This document shows positions 55,262 to 64,000 of a stretch of DNA of 64,000 nt, in pieces. Source of the stretch: a virus; IMG/VR virus record IMGVR_UViG_3300032805_000004, positions 1 through 64,000 of that record; one strand, 5' to 3'. The notes beneath the pieces are model-generated. The model had not been told where the DNA came from. It searched no databases and saw only the letters and a list, made by a program, of their open reading frames with translations. Numbering within the stretch: the stretch's first letter is position 1; every line of letters starts with the position of its first letter. A program made the position numbers and the translations under genes.

Positions 55262-56823
55262 GCGGCCTCCGGAACAGGCTGACCACAGTGCGGGCACGCC
55301 GTCTTCCCCGCCATAAACGGCCGGCCACACCCATCACACCGCGTCACACCGTAAGCATCCAGCCACGACACACCATCGATCCAATACGCCTGGATCACCG
55401 CATCACCGTCATCGGTGGACCGGCCCAGCCGCTTCCGGATGTCATCCTTCGACTCAACCTGAATCTTCCCACCCGACAAAACCTTCCACCCAGGCGCCGA
55501 CAGATCACCCAGCAGCATGTCATCATCAGGCAGGCACACATCCGGAGTCGCCGACGGGTCGAGCTGCTCCCGCAGACCCCACCACGCGGCGGAACGGATG
55601 TTGGTGAACGCGAGCTCACCGGTGGCGTCCCGTTTGCGGGTACCACCCGATGCGGTGAACGGTTCCGCTTTCGCGCCCATCTCACGCAGCCGGTCCAGCA
55701 CACCGGCACCGATCCCGATCACATCGACCAGTGCGGTCGCCTCCGGGTCGGCGTCGAGGGCGCCTTTGACCCGGCCGGTGGTCTGCATCGTGTCCTCTTT
55801 GGCGGAGCGGCGGAGTTCGACGAGGACGGGGCCGCGGCGGATCGCCTGGACGGTGCGGTCTTCACCGGAGCGGGCGACGTCGACACCGATGATGTGCGGG
55901 CCTGGCAGGTCGGGCCGTCCAGCGTGGTCCCATTCGTGCCAGCGTTCGACAGCGGCCTCTGCCCAGGCCAGCGGCACGACGGAGTCCTCATCGCCGGCGT
56001 GGAAGTCACCGAGGACACGGTTTACGTAGATGGCGGACTGTTCGCCCCATTGGCGGGCGCGTTGTTCGGCCCAGTCCTGTGAGATGCGGCCCGCGTCGAT
56101 CGCCTCGGCGAGGGTGACGTGGCGGGCGTGCCAGTCTTCGTAGCCGGGGCGGTGGGCGTGGATGTCGTAGAACCGGCCTTGCGGCTGCCCGGGTGTCGAC
56201 AAGGCCAGGGCGTACGCCTCGCCGAGGCCGGAGAACGCGCCTTCGCAAGCATCGAACGTGCCCGCGGGGATGCTTTTCGACTCGTCATAGATGAACAGGA
56301 GCCGGTCGGCGTGCGCGCCTTCGATCAGGGCGGGGTTAGTGCAGGCGGCGGCGAACGCGGCGCCGTGACCGAGCCGCATGTTCAGGTTCAGCAGTTCAGC
56401 TTTGGTGAAGGTGCGGTCGCGGACTTTGTCCCAGCGGAGCCGCCCGGCCCATTTGTGGATCTCGGGCCACAGGTAGTTGATGAGCTGCCGCCACGCCCCG
56501 GCGGTGGTGACCGCTTTCCATTCGACTCCGGCGGCGTCGGAGGTGAGCGCAAACCACAGCAGCGTGATCGCAGCGATCGCTGACTTGCCGAGACCGTGGG
56601 GACCGCGGACAGCGCAGCGTTTCCGTTCGGCTAGGCCACCGATGATGTCTTGCTGGTAGGGGGTGAGACCGTCACCGCGCCAGTCGATGCAGTCGGCGGC
56701 GAACCCGAGCGGGTCGTCGTAGTAGAGGGCTACGCCTTTTTTGATCCTCGCCGCGCGCTGCTGAAGTTCCCGCAGGTAGCGGAGACGGTCAAGGGGTGCC
56801 TGAATGATCTGGGTTGAGGGCAA
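55258..56823 (-). CDS. terL: Terminase large subunit
   Basis: Walker A GPHGLGKS; Walker B FIYDE; LSTP; nuclease GVDVARSGED; RSTDDGDA. Confidence 0.95.
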   Translation of the reverse strand: MPSTQIIQAPLDRLRYLRELQQRAARIKKGVALYYDDPLGFAADCIDWRGDGLTPYQQDIIGGLAERKRCAVRGPHGLGKSAIAAITLLWFALTSDAAGVEWKAVTTAGAWRQLINYLWPEIHKWAGRLRWDKVRDRTFTKAELLNLNMRLGHGAAFAAACTNPALIEGAHADRLLFIYDESKSIPAGTFDACEGAFSGLGEAYALALSTPGQPQGRFYDIHAHRPGYEDWHARHVTLAEAIDAGRISQDWAEQRARQWGEQSAIYVNRVLGDFHAGDEDSVVPLAWAEAAVERWHEWDHAGRPDLPGPHIIGVDVARSGEDRTVQAIRRGPVLVELRRSAKEDTMQTTGRVKGALDADPEATALVDVIGIGAGVLDRLREMGAKAEPFTASGGTRKRDATGELAFTNIRSAAWWGLREQLDPSATPDVCLPDDDMLLGDLSAPGWKVLSGGKIQVESKDDIRKRLGRSTDDGDAVIQAYWIDGVSWLDAYGVTRCDGCGRPFMAGKTACPHCGQPVPEAA

Positions 56824-57289
56824 CTTCGGCCTCGAGCCGCCGGATTTCGGCTTCGATCATGTCTTGGGTGACGACTTCGATGCGGGCCTGTGCGGGGGCG
56901 TAGAGGCCGCGGAGTTTGTATTCCTCGACGTCGATTTTCACGAGCCGGTCGACGGCGGCGAGTATCGGGAGCAGGTCGGGGAGGGGGGTGCCGTCAGGGC
57001 CAGTGACGATTTTCCCGGATGGGCTGGTGATGTAGTGGCGGCTGGAGGCGACGCGCCAGGCGAGGCGGCGGTAGTCCTGGAGCCGGTCGAGCATCATTTG
57101 CATGACTTCGGGGCTGCGCAGGGTTTCGCTGGCGGCTGTTTTGGCGTGGCGGCGGATGGCTTCGCCGACTGATCTGGTGCTGCGGAGGCCGACTTGGGGC
57201 ATGATCTGCCGGTAGGAGAAGCCTTTGCAGTAGAGGTCGGCGCATTTGGCGTCGCGTTCGAGGGTTTCTACTGAGGGGCGGCGTGGCAC
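56789..57289 (-). CDS. terS: Terminase small subunit
   Basis: N-terminal HTH (GFSYRQI); KLRGLYAP motif; directly upstream of TerL. Confidence 0.75.
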   Translation of the reverse strand: MPRRPSVETLERDAKCADLYCKGFSYRQIMPQVGLRSTRSVGEAIRRHAKTAASETLRSPEVMQMMLDRLQDYRRLAWRVASSRHYITSPSGKIVTGPDGTPLPDLLPILAAVDRLVKIDVEEYKLRGLYAPAQARIEVVTQDMIEAEIRRLEAEVALNPDHSGTP

Positions 57290-57343
57290 GTTTTGTTCAC
57301 CGTCCCTTGCGTTGCGTACACGTTAGGTGGTTTGACCTGCTGC

Positions 57344-57847
57344 TCACTGCGGGATGAACTCGACGCCGCACGCTGGGCAGATGATCGGCGGTTTCTCGTC
57401 GGCGTGGAGTTGCTCTTCTTCAGGTGTGGGTGTGAAGTGCGGCGGCTCGATCAGTTTCGCGACGTCTTCAGCGGTCCAGCCTGTGCCGTCGTAATCATCG
57501 TCCAGATAGGACAGGAGTTCGGCGAGTTCGTCGGGGTCGTCTGTCGCGATGTCCGAGAGCCGGTTGTCGGCGACGTTGACGCGTCGGGCTTCGTCGTCGG
57601 TGCAGCGGATCAGCCCGCAGTGCGCGGTCTGGTGTCCTTCGGCTTGCATGGCTTGGATGGTGTGGTTCCCGGCGAGGACGACGAACGATGGGGGTTCGTT
57701 GATGACGCGGACGACAACGGACCTGTATTGGCCGAGGCGGCGCACCGATTTGCGGATCTCATCTAACTGGCCGCGGCGGGCGTTGCCGGGGAAGAGGGTG
57801 AGCTGGCCGATGTCGATGTCGCGGACTCCGAGCATCTCAACCGCCAC
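57344..57847 (-). CDS. ParB/Srx N-terminal domain protein
   Basis: PGNARRG...IRKS...GQY...LAGNHT...ADNR; C-terminal CPACG. Confidence 0.8.
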   Translation of the reverse strand: MAVEMLGVRDIDIGQLTLFPGNARRGQLDEIRKSVRRLGQYRSVVVRVINEPPSFVVLAGNHTIQAMQAEGHQTAHCGLIRCTDDEARRVNVADNRLSDIATDDPDELAELLSYLDDDYDGTGWTAEDVAKLIEPPHFTPTPEEEQLHADEKPPIICPACGVEFIPQ

Positions 57848-58039
57848 TATGCCTCCACGACTGGCCGGAAGTGGCGGTCTTCGGGTTCGGGTAGCCATCC
57901 GCACATGGCGGCGACGACCGTGACCAGATGGGGGGTGGGCGAGGTGATGTCGAGGTCGCCGGGGAGATCGAACACGATGCGAGGTTACAGGCCGCGGCCG
58001 GGCGGGGGGTGTGCTCCGACTCCGTCCCGGCCGCGGCAC

Positions 58040-58210
58040 CTAGCGCCCAGAAGGTGGTGGACTATTGGGCACCAGGTAAACAAGGAGCGCTGACAGGCAC
58101 GCGGTGACTGCGGGGGCCCATTGCGCCTGCGGGTAGGCGGTCTGGACGATGGTCAGCGCGGCGCCTGCGGCGGCGACGAGCAGCTTCGAATACTGCCCGG
58201 CGTTCCTCAT
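58040..58210 (-). CDS. Holin-like two-TM peptide (56 aa, not in ORF track)
   Basis: MRNAGQYSKLLVAAAGAALT...LSALLVYLVPN; the VY.VPN ending resembles actinophage holins. Confidence 0.55.
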   Translation of the reverse strand: MRNAGQYSKLLVAAAGAALTIVQTAYPQAQWAPAVTACLSALLVYLVPNSPPPSGR

Positions 58211-58213
58211 CGG

Positions 58214-58780
58214 TTAGGGCGTGGGGGGCTGGTCTTCGGGGGTGCCCTCGGTCACCACCAGCGACGTCGCCGCACCAGACACAACCGTCAAAACGAGAGC
58301 GCCGGTGAGGGCCGGGTTCGCGGTGTCGGCGACGGTGATGTTCGCGACACCGGGGGCACCGGCGACGAACTCGGCGCTGTAGGTGTCGGTGGAGACGTTG
58401 AGGACACCGGCGGCGGGGTTGTCAGACGTCCAGGTGAGGGTGTCGGCGGTGACGGGTTCGCCTTTGGCGTCGGTTTCGGCGACGGAGAGGAGGACTTGCT
58501 GGGTGTCGGTCAGGGTTGCCATGTGAATACTTCCTTCGTTGTAGATGGTGGGCGTGCCGTGACCGGCGCGGGGGGCGTTCTGCGGATAGGTGAACGGGGC
58601 GATCTCCGTCTTCAGCCGTATGGGGGTAGTGAGCCAGCGGTAGAAAATGTCAGCGATCTGGGTGACGGTGGTCGCATGTTGCAGCGGACCGGGGCCGTAT
58701 TGCGGGCCTGGGGTGGTGACGGCGGTGTAGTAGGTGACGGCCTCAAGGAGGGCGGCCTGCCGGTTATCTTGCCCGTGCAA
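58214..58780 (-). CDS. Protein with C-terminal Ig-like (Big_2) domain
   Basis: DAKGEPV....TWTSDNP...GVANITV; possible internal start MATLTD after GAAGGAAG. Confidence 0.6.
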   Translation of the reverse strand: MHGQDNRQAALLEAVTYYTAVTTPGPQYGPGPLQHATTVTQIADIFYRWLTTPIRLKTEIAPFTYPQNAPRAGHGTPTIYNEGSIHMATLTDTQQVLLSVAETDAKGEPVTADTLTWTSDNPAAGVLNVSTDTYSAEFVAGAPGVANITVADTANPALTGALVLTVVSGAATSLVVTEGTPEDQPPTP

Positions 58781-58807
58781 AAGCTCACCCCCTTCCGTTA
58801 GACGGCT

Positions 58808-59044
58808 TCACGCCGCACGGGTCGTTTCACGGCGGGCACGCTTGCGGGTCTTGTACTCCGCCTTCGCCACATCAGTCATGCGGTACAGGGAGCGGCCCTG
58901 CTCATCGATCCCCGCCTTGGGGAGGTGCCCGCGGTGCACCCACAAGCGGATCGCGGCAGCGGTCACGTTGGCGAGCTGCGCGGCCTGGGCGCCCGTGACG
59001 AGACCGTCCGGGTCGTAGGAGACCACATCGTTCATCGTGATCAC
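58808..59044 (-). CDS. MerR-like HTH protein
   Basis: LVT..QAA.LANV....IR.WV.RG.L.......GR.LY...DV..AE. Confidence 0.75.
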   Translation of the reverse strand: MITMNDVVSYDPDGLVTGAQAAQLANVTAAAIRLWVHRGHLPKAGIDEQGRSLYRMTDVAKAEYKTRKRARRETTRAA

Positions 59045-59055
59045 CCCCGGGCGTC

Positions 59056-59080
59056 AAAAAAGACCCGCCCGGGGCGGGTC
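59056..59080 (-). terminator. Intrinsic terminator
   Basis: GACCCGCC...GGCGGGTC stem followed by TTTTTT on the minus strand. Confidence 0.7.
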
Positions 59081-59156
59081 AAGGCATGGGTGTACTGCTG
59101 TTACGAACGTTACGCGATACAGGACCCGGTGAACGAACCCGCCGCGTAAAGATTTT

Positions 59157-59891
59157 TCAGGAGGCGGCGCGCAGACCGGCGGCCGCGGCAGCATAGGCGT
59201 CGTAGTCGGCGCGGGACAGCAGCCTTCCACAGTCTCTCGTGGAGCAGCGGATGTACTCTTCGCCTTCCCGCAGCGACAGGCTGATCTGGTCGCAGCGGGG
59301 ACACGGCAACGGCTTGTGCTGCACACCGGTTCCGGTTTTGGCGCGGATGTGGAGTAGCCGGTGCCAGTCGCGGATCTCTTCTCCGAGGGGTACGCCGATG
59401 TCGGGGTGGGAGATCATGCCGGGGAAGTGGTCGAGGAGCCATAGGACGGTATCGGTGAATTTGTCTGCTAGGTAGCCGCGGCGGTCGGGTGGGCCGGGGC
59501 GGTGGAATCGGGTTTCCCACCAGGCGCATTCCCAACCGTAGAGGACGCTGTACGCCTCGTCGATGACGTCGAAGTTGGGGCTGGGGGAGCGGTGGCCGGG
59601 TGTGCCGGAGACTCGTTCTCCGAGTGCGACTGCGGCGGCGTAGCCGTCGGCGTTGCCGGATAGGTGCGCGGCGAGTGTACCGAGCTCACTGAGTTCGCGG
59701 CGGATGGTGGCTTGGCATCCGCCGCACCACGGATTACCGGGTGTGGCGGTGATGTCGGGTTTGACGGGCCGTGACTGATCTTTGTCGAGGGGGTCGTAGG
59801 CGGCGATCGCTTCGAGCCAAGCGTCGCGGGCTTTGCGGAAGTGGGTGTTGCAGCGTCCTGGGCATGGACTTTCGGTCATCGGCAGCACCAT
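59157..59891 (-). CDS. Zn-finger protein, putative late-gene regulator
   Basis: CPGRCN, WCGGC, PCPRC...C...CG; position at the early/late boundary. Confidence 0.6.
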   Translation of the reverse strand: MVLPMTESPCPGRCNTHFRKARDAWLEAIAAYDPLDKDQSRPVKPDITATPGNPWCGGCQATIRRELSELGTLAAHLSGNADGYAAAVALGERVSGTPGHRSPSPNFDVIDEAYSVLYGWECAWWETRFHRPGPPDRRGYLADKFTDTVLWLLDHFPGMISHPDIGVPLGEEIRDWHRLLHIRAKTGTGVQHKPLPCPRCDQISLSLREGEEYIRCSTRDCGRLLSRADYDAYAAAAAGLRAAS

Positions 59892-59932
59892 CCCCGGCGG
59901 GAGTTACACGACCGTGATTAGTCTGCCACCTG

Positions 59933-60127
59933 CTAGAAGCCGGCGAAGTAGGCGTAACGCTTGATATCGGCAAGGAACGCCGCCCACGCCGGGCGGGTGA
60001 ACGACAGGTGCGGGCCGTCGGGGTTTTTCGAGTCGCGGACGAGGATGCGGTCGTCTAGGGCTGCCGCTTGGACGCAGCAGCCGTTGGCTGCGGAGTGGGT
60101 GGATGTGCGCCAGCGGGTGTCGTCCAT
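59933..60127 (-). CDS. DUF397 protein
   Basis: WRTSTHS..NG.CV.......VRDSK.P.GP.L.F....W.AFL. Confidence 0.9.
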   Translation of the reverse strand: MDDTRWRTSTHSAANGCCVQAAALDDRILVRDSKNPDGPHLSFTRPAWAAFLADIKRYAYFAGF

Positions 60128-60367
60128 GGTGTGTCGCCTTCTTTGCGTTTGTCGTGTTCGGGTAGTACGACGGCGAGGATGGCTGCCATGCCTGCGACGT
60201 CGGTGGGGAATCCGTGTCGGGCCCAGACACGCCACGCGATCTGCGCCAGGTCAGGCGTAGCCACGTCGCCGCTCACTGGCCGCGCCGGTTCCGCCACCGT
60301 TTCCACCAAATCAAGATCGCTACGGTTACGGCTCCTGAGACGAAGGCGATAAGAGAACTTATGCTGC

Positions 60368-60595
60368 TCACGCCACCTCCTGCCGGTCAGGTACGTACTC
60401 ATCCCGTTCCTCGTCATATCTCGTGCAGTGATTGCACCAGTGGCCGTCATCCCGCATCAGCCAGCCGTTGTCTTCAGCGTCGTTTACCGCTCCGTCCTCG
60501 TCGGACCACGCGTACCAGTCGGTCCCGTCCTGGGCGGATTTGCCGCAGCGGTCACAGACGAGCCGGTACATGGTTACTTCGATGATCGCCATCAC
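60368..60595 (-). CDS. Small Zn-binding hypothetical protein
   Basis: CDRCG...GW......HWC..C. Confidence 0.65.
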   Translation of the reverse strand: MMAIIEVTMYRLVCDRCGKSAQDGTDWYAWSDEDGAVNDAEDNGWLMRDDGHWCNHCTRYDEERDEYVPDRQEVA

Positions 60596-60888
60596 GCCGC
60601 CTCCTGCTCCAGTTGCGCGCGCCGGTCCCGCCGCAGCACCCGCCGCTCAGGCGCCGTCAACCCACCCAGCACCCCATGCTCATCCTCATCGGATGTGAGA
60701 CTCAACGCCCATTCCAGGCACTCAGCGCGTACCTCACATCGTGCGCAGACCTGGCGGGCTTTCCGGGCGGTTTCACCTTTCTCCGGGAAGAACAGGTCCC
60801 GGCCGATCTCGGCGCACAACGCCTCGTGACGCCAGTCCGCAAGGTCCGGCACATGCGGGCGGATGATCCCTCTCGGTGGCCAGGTCAT
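60592..60888 (-). CDS. whiB: WhiB-family Fe-S transcription factor
   Basis: W...ALC......FFP......A..VC.RC.VR.ECL..AL....HGV.GG....ER. Confidence 0.92.
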   Translation of the reverse strand: MTWPPRGIIRPHVPDLADWRHEALCAEIGRDLFFPEKGETARKARQVCARCEVRAECLEWALSLTSDEDEHGVLGGLTAPERRVLRRDRRAQLEQEAA

Positions 60889-61271
60889 GATGTCCCCTCC
60901 TCGCCTAGGTCATACTGCGCCCGGTACTGGATCTGCCGGCAAGTAACGGAGATAGAAGCAACTGGATCTTCAGTTACGGCCGTACTCAGGTTTTCCGACC
61001 AGTCGATGCCCTGCGGGAGGTCTTGCACTAGCAGGGGTCTCCCATCTGCGGCGCTGAGCGTCACCGTCGTTATTTCCATCGTCACTAGCTTCGCGAGCCG
61101 CTGCTCGTCGCTGACGACAACGACCGCGCATTGATCGTCGTCGTAGGATGCCCGGCACCGGTCCCGGCCGAACTGGTCGCGCCACCGCTCCCCAGGGTTA
61201 CCGCGCGTGACTTGTTTTCCGCAGCGGGTGCATTTGCCGGTCTGGAAGGGTATCCGGGCAAGTTCAGGCAT
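60885..61271 (-). CDS. Hypothetical protein
   Basis: Coupled ORF with RBS. Confidence 0.6.
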   Translation of the reverse strand: MPELARIPFQTGKCTRCGKQVTRGNPGERWRDQFGRDRCRASYDDDQCAVVVVSDEQRLAKLVTMEITTVTLSAADGRPLLVQDLPQGIDWSENLSTAVTEDPVASISVTCRQIQYRAQYDLGEEGTS

Positions 61272-61512
61272 GGTCTGTCTCCTCTTCGTAGACGGTGGCG
61301 AGCAGCCTCAGCCGCCGTTCCACGCTTCCGTCGTGCTGGTGGCCGGTGAGCAGGTCTTCGATGAGTGCCCGTTTGAACGCGATCTCGCGGAGTACGCGGG
61401 CCGGGTCGTTGTAGGCGATGAACACCGCCCCGTCACCGTGGGCGATCCGTTCGTCTCTTTCGATGTGGTTGTTCAGGATCTCGGTCAGGTCTGGGATGCG
61501 GGTTTCGCTCAA
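61264..61512 (-). CDS. DUF6221-like protein
   Basis: DPARVLREIA.KRAL...LRLLA.VY; TTG at 61512 after AAGGAGG. Confidence 0.65.
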   Translation of the reverse strand: MSETRIPDLTEILNNHIERDERIAHGDGAVFIAYNDPARVLREIAFKRALIEDLLTGHQHDGSVERRLRLLATVYEEETDHA

Positions 61513-62291
61513 CGGGTGGCCTCCTTGGCGGCGACGAGGTGGGGGCGTCTCATGTCGGCTTTCCACCGCTGGGCGGTGCGTTGCGTCACCCCGCATTTGC
61601 CCGCCAAGTCGGCGGCGGAGATCGCGGGGTTGCCGGCGACGAGCCGGGCTGCTTTGGCGCGTTTCTTGTCGCCCCCGGCGATGGTCGCCTGTCGTGTCCG
61701 TATCGTCATCCGTGTCGTCGTTGTTGTCGTGTCGCCTGTCGCGACATCTGCCGTGTCGCCTGTCGTGTCATCAACCGGTGCCACCGCGACAGCTGGTGGC
61801 GCAGCGACCGCGACGGGCTCAGCGGCCAGCGGCACCTCGGGCACCACCGCAGGCACAGCCACAGGCCCAGTGTCGCCGGAGCGCAGCAGATGAACCAGAG
61901 CCGTCCCGAACGCCAGCGTCACAACCGGCATCACCGCAACCACAACCACGATCGGCCACGGCGCGCGCGGAAGATGCGCCGCGGCGAGGAGGTGATAGAT
62001 GACCTGACCGGCGCACCCCAGCGCGAGCGCGCCGAGCGCGGACCGGCGGGCGAACCTGCGGGCCCGCGTATCGCCGGTGCCGGTGAGCCAGGTGCCGAGC
62101 GCGAACGCCGCATACGCCTCAACCCCCACCGGCAGCGTGATCGCCGTGTTCAACCGGATCCCATCCACGATGCCGGGCAGCGGCTGGACGACACCGAACC
62201 CGGCCATCTCACCCAAGCCGACCCAGCCACTCCAGATCGCGATGGCGGCGGGGGCGGCGATGAGGAGCAGCGGCCACCGCCGGGCGGGCAT
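61509..62291 (-). CDS. Multi-TM Spd-like membrane protein with C-terminal HTH
   Basis: IWSGWVGLG...TLPVGVEAY; four TM; LAGKCGVTQRTAQRW. Confidence 0.7.
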   Translation of the reverse strand: MPARRWPLLLIAAPAAIAIWSGWVGLGEMAGFGVVQPLPGIVDGIRLNTAITLPVGVEAYAAFALGTWLTGTGDTRARRFARRSALGALALGCAGQVIYHLLAAAHLPRAPWPIVVVVAVMPVVTLAFGTALVHLLRSGDTGPVAVPAVVPEVPLAAEPVAVAAPPAVAVAPVDDTTGDTADVATGDTTTTTTRMTIRTRQATIAGGDKKRAKAARLVAGNPAISAADLAGKCGVTQRTAQRWKADMRRPHLVAAKEATR

Positions 62292-62356
62292 CACAGCCGC
62301 CGCCAAAGCTGGAGACCTAACAGGACGACAGCGACGATGACGAGGAAAGTGATCAT
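62291..62356 (-). CDS. 21-aa single-TM peptide
   Basis: MITFLVIVAVVLLGLQLWRRL; TAATG and TGATG coupling on both sides; AAGGAG RBS. Confidence 0.5.
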   Translation of the reverse strand: MITFLVIVAVVLLGLQLWRRL

Positions 62357-62736
62357 TAGATCTCCTTGCGGGCTGCGATGTCACGCAGCGACAGCCGGTG
62401 GACGGGGATGTCTTCATGGCGTCCTGCGGGGGGAAGTTCCGCGCGCCTCTGCGGCGCGGCGACAGCAGGTTGATGCCGCCAACTGTTGACGCGCACCATG
62501 TCGCTGCCGTTGTCGCCACGCACAGCGGCACGTGGCGACGCGAGCAGCGCCATGACACGCCACACCGCCAGCGACACGACGGCGACAACGACCGTCACCT
62601 CAGCGCCGATGAGAACCGGCATCATCTCCGTGACCGCGTGCGCCACCATCAGCGCCCCACCACCGACGCCGGCCACGCAAACGGCGACAGCAACTGCGGC
62701 GGCTCCTGCGCCGCCACCACCGGCCGGTCTGCACAT
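62356..62736 (-). CDS. Membrane protein (two TM)
   Basis: TGATG coupling; hydrophobic N-terminal half. Confidence 0.6.
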   Translation of the reverse strand: MCRPAGGGGAGAAAVAVAVCVAGVGGGALMVAHAVTEMMPVLIGAEVTVVVAVVSLAVWRVMALLASPRAAVRGDNGSDMVRVNSWRHQPAVAAPQRRAELPPAGRHEDIPVHRLSLRDIAARKEI

Positions 62737-64000
62737 CAGGTCACGATCCCTTCCCGGCTCCTCGCCGCCGTGTAGGCGTCGATCTCGTCCACGTCGTACA
62801 AGTACGTCCGGCTGCGGTAGTCACGCGGCTCCGGGAACGCCTTGTCCCGTTCCCGGTCACCATGCAGAGCACGGATCGTTTTCCCATGCGTGCGGCCCAT
62901 GTCAACCGCCTCAGACAGGCTCACCAGCGTCCTTGTGACAGATGCGGTGTTTTCCGCGTCGTCTAGCGCTGACCTGCTGTTTCCCAGGTCTGTGATTGTC
63001 ACAGCCCCCTGATCTGTGACAGGTACAGACGTCCCGTCGAGACGGCGACCGGCCCGTGCGTAGTCCCGCCAGATCGCCGCTGACTTGTTCGCGTCCAGAT
63101 CCGCGATGATCGCCTGCACCCAAACCTGGGTCGAGCCGTTGACCAGGCACCAGCGGCCCTTCTGCGGCGGCGCCGCAGGCACCGGAGTGGTGCCGACAAG
63201 CGCTTTCCAGTTCTGCGGCTGGTAGCCACCGAGCAGCCGCAGACCGATCGAGTTGCGGATACCGCGGATCGTCGCCGACTCGATGTTCTGCCCGGCGGTC
63301 AGGAAGTTTTTCTTCACGAACGCGCCTTCCCAGACGCCCTTCTTGGGGACCCGCCAGATCGGCGGGGTCTTCTTCGCCCGCTTCGGCTTCCACAAGATCG
63401 TGCCCCGGTAGTCCTCGTCTTCCTCAGGCCAGTTCTCCCAGAACTCGTCACACATCTCCGAGAACTGGTTGACCTCCTCGATTACCAGCAAGTCCCGGCA
63501 GAACTCGGCGGTGGGATCTTTGGTCCGCTCATCGATCCGGGTGTCGAGGTCGTCGCCCCACGCCTGGATCGCGGCCCAGATACCGGGCATGTCCCGCGGG
63601 TTGTCACACAACGTCAACCCCGGCAGGCCCTTCAAACCCTGGATCGACGTCCGCTTCACATCGATGTACGTCACCCGGCCGCCCTTGCGCAGCACCTGGC
63701 AGACCATGCCTTCCTCGGTCTCCGTCTTACCGTGCCTGCTTCCAGCGTTTATGAGGCCGTGGGGAGATTCGGAGCCCCAGTCCCAGCAGACGAGCTGGCC
63801 CTGGTCATCAATACCGATGGCGGTCTTGTCCTCCGGGAGGGCCTCAACCTTCTCCAGCACCGAATGCAGGTAGACGATGCGTGGCAGTTCATGAGCGCGG
63901 GTGAGGACCAGGGCTGGCCGCTCATCAGACGTGCGCCACTGCGGGACCAAGTCGAGACCGGTGCGGGTACGCCACAGGTCCTCGACAGCGGCGCGTTCCT
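62736..64000 (-). CDS. FtsK/SpoIIIE (TraB-like) ATPase with C-terminal HTH, 5'-truncated by window
   Basis: SPH.LI.AGSRHGKT (Walker A); IDVK; LLVIEE.N (Walker B); frame open to the window end. Confidence 0.8.
   Translation of the reverse strand, partial: ERAAVEDLWRTRTGLDLVPQWRTSDERPALVLTRAHELPRIVYLHSVLEKVEALPEDKTAIGIDDQGQLVCWDWGSESPHGLINAGSRHGKTETEEGMVCQVLRKGGRVTYIDVKRTSIQGLKGLPGLTLCDNPRDMPGIWAAIQAWGDDLDTRIDERTKDPTAEFCRDLLVIEEVNQFSEMCDEFWENWPEEDEDYRGTILWKPKRAKKTPPIWRVPKKGVWEGAFVKKNFLTAGQNIESATIRGIRNSIGLRLLGGYQPQNWKALVGTTPVPAAPPQKGRWCLVNGSTQVWVQAIIADLDANKSAAIWRDYARAGRRLDGTSVPVTDQGAVTITDLGNSRSALDDAENTASVTRTLVSLSEAVDMGRTHGKTIRALHGDRERDKAFPEPRDYRSRTYLYDVDEIDAYTAARSREGIVT

Larger units (their letters stand above)
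1..64000 (-). mobile_element. Actinobacterial siphovirus / prophage genome segment (morphogenesis operon plus part of early region)
   Basis: Canonical order TerS-TerL-portal-MuF-protease-capsid-head/tail-tail tube-chaperones-tape measure-minor tails on the minus strand; WhiB and DUF397 genes; high GC. Confidence 0.95.

Overview
This window is about 64 kb of a high-GC (actinobacterial-type) siphovirus or prophage, read almost entirely on the minus strand. From right to left it contains: an AICE-like FtsK/TraB plus membrane (Spd-like) module; WhiB, DUF397 and small early genes; a probable late regulator and terminator; a holin-like peptide; ParB-like, TerS, TerL and portal; a polyvalent MuF protein; a dual-specificity phosphatase; and a plus-strand accessory cassette. 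Next comes a ~19 kb block of glycosyltransferases, NDP-sugar enzymes, glycan-binding/hydrolase-like proteins and a Pro/Arg-rich repeat protein. The remainder is prohead protease/scaffold, major capsid, small head proteins, head-tail genes, tail tube, frameshifted chaperones, tape measure and minor tail genes. Selfish elements are unusually dense. (1) The major capsid gene is split by three group I introns, including a 28-nt micro-exon, and the predicted splice restores a 616-aa ORF. (2) The MuF gene carries a 370-aa intein whose homing-type HTH + Vsr/DUF559-like endonuclease is encoded on the opposite strand, fully nested in the open intein frame. (3) Four further free-standing HNH/LAGLIDADG genes carry their own promoters or leaders. 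A head-tail gene has an in-frame TGA inside a 12-nt insertion. No tRNA, rRNA, CRISPR array, integrase or endolysin was recognised. All family calls are from motif recognition by eye, not database searches.
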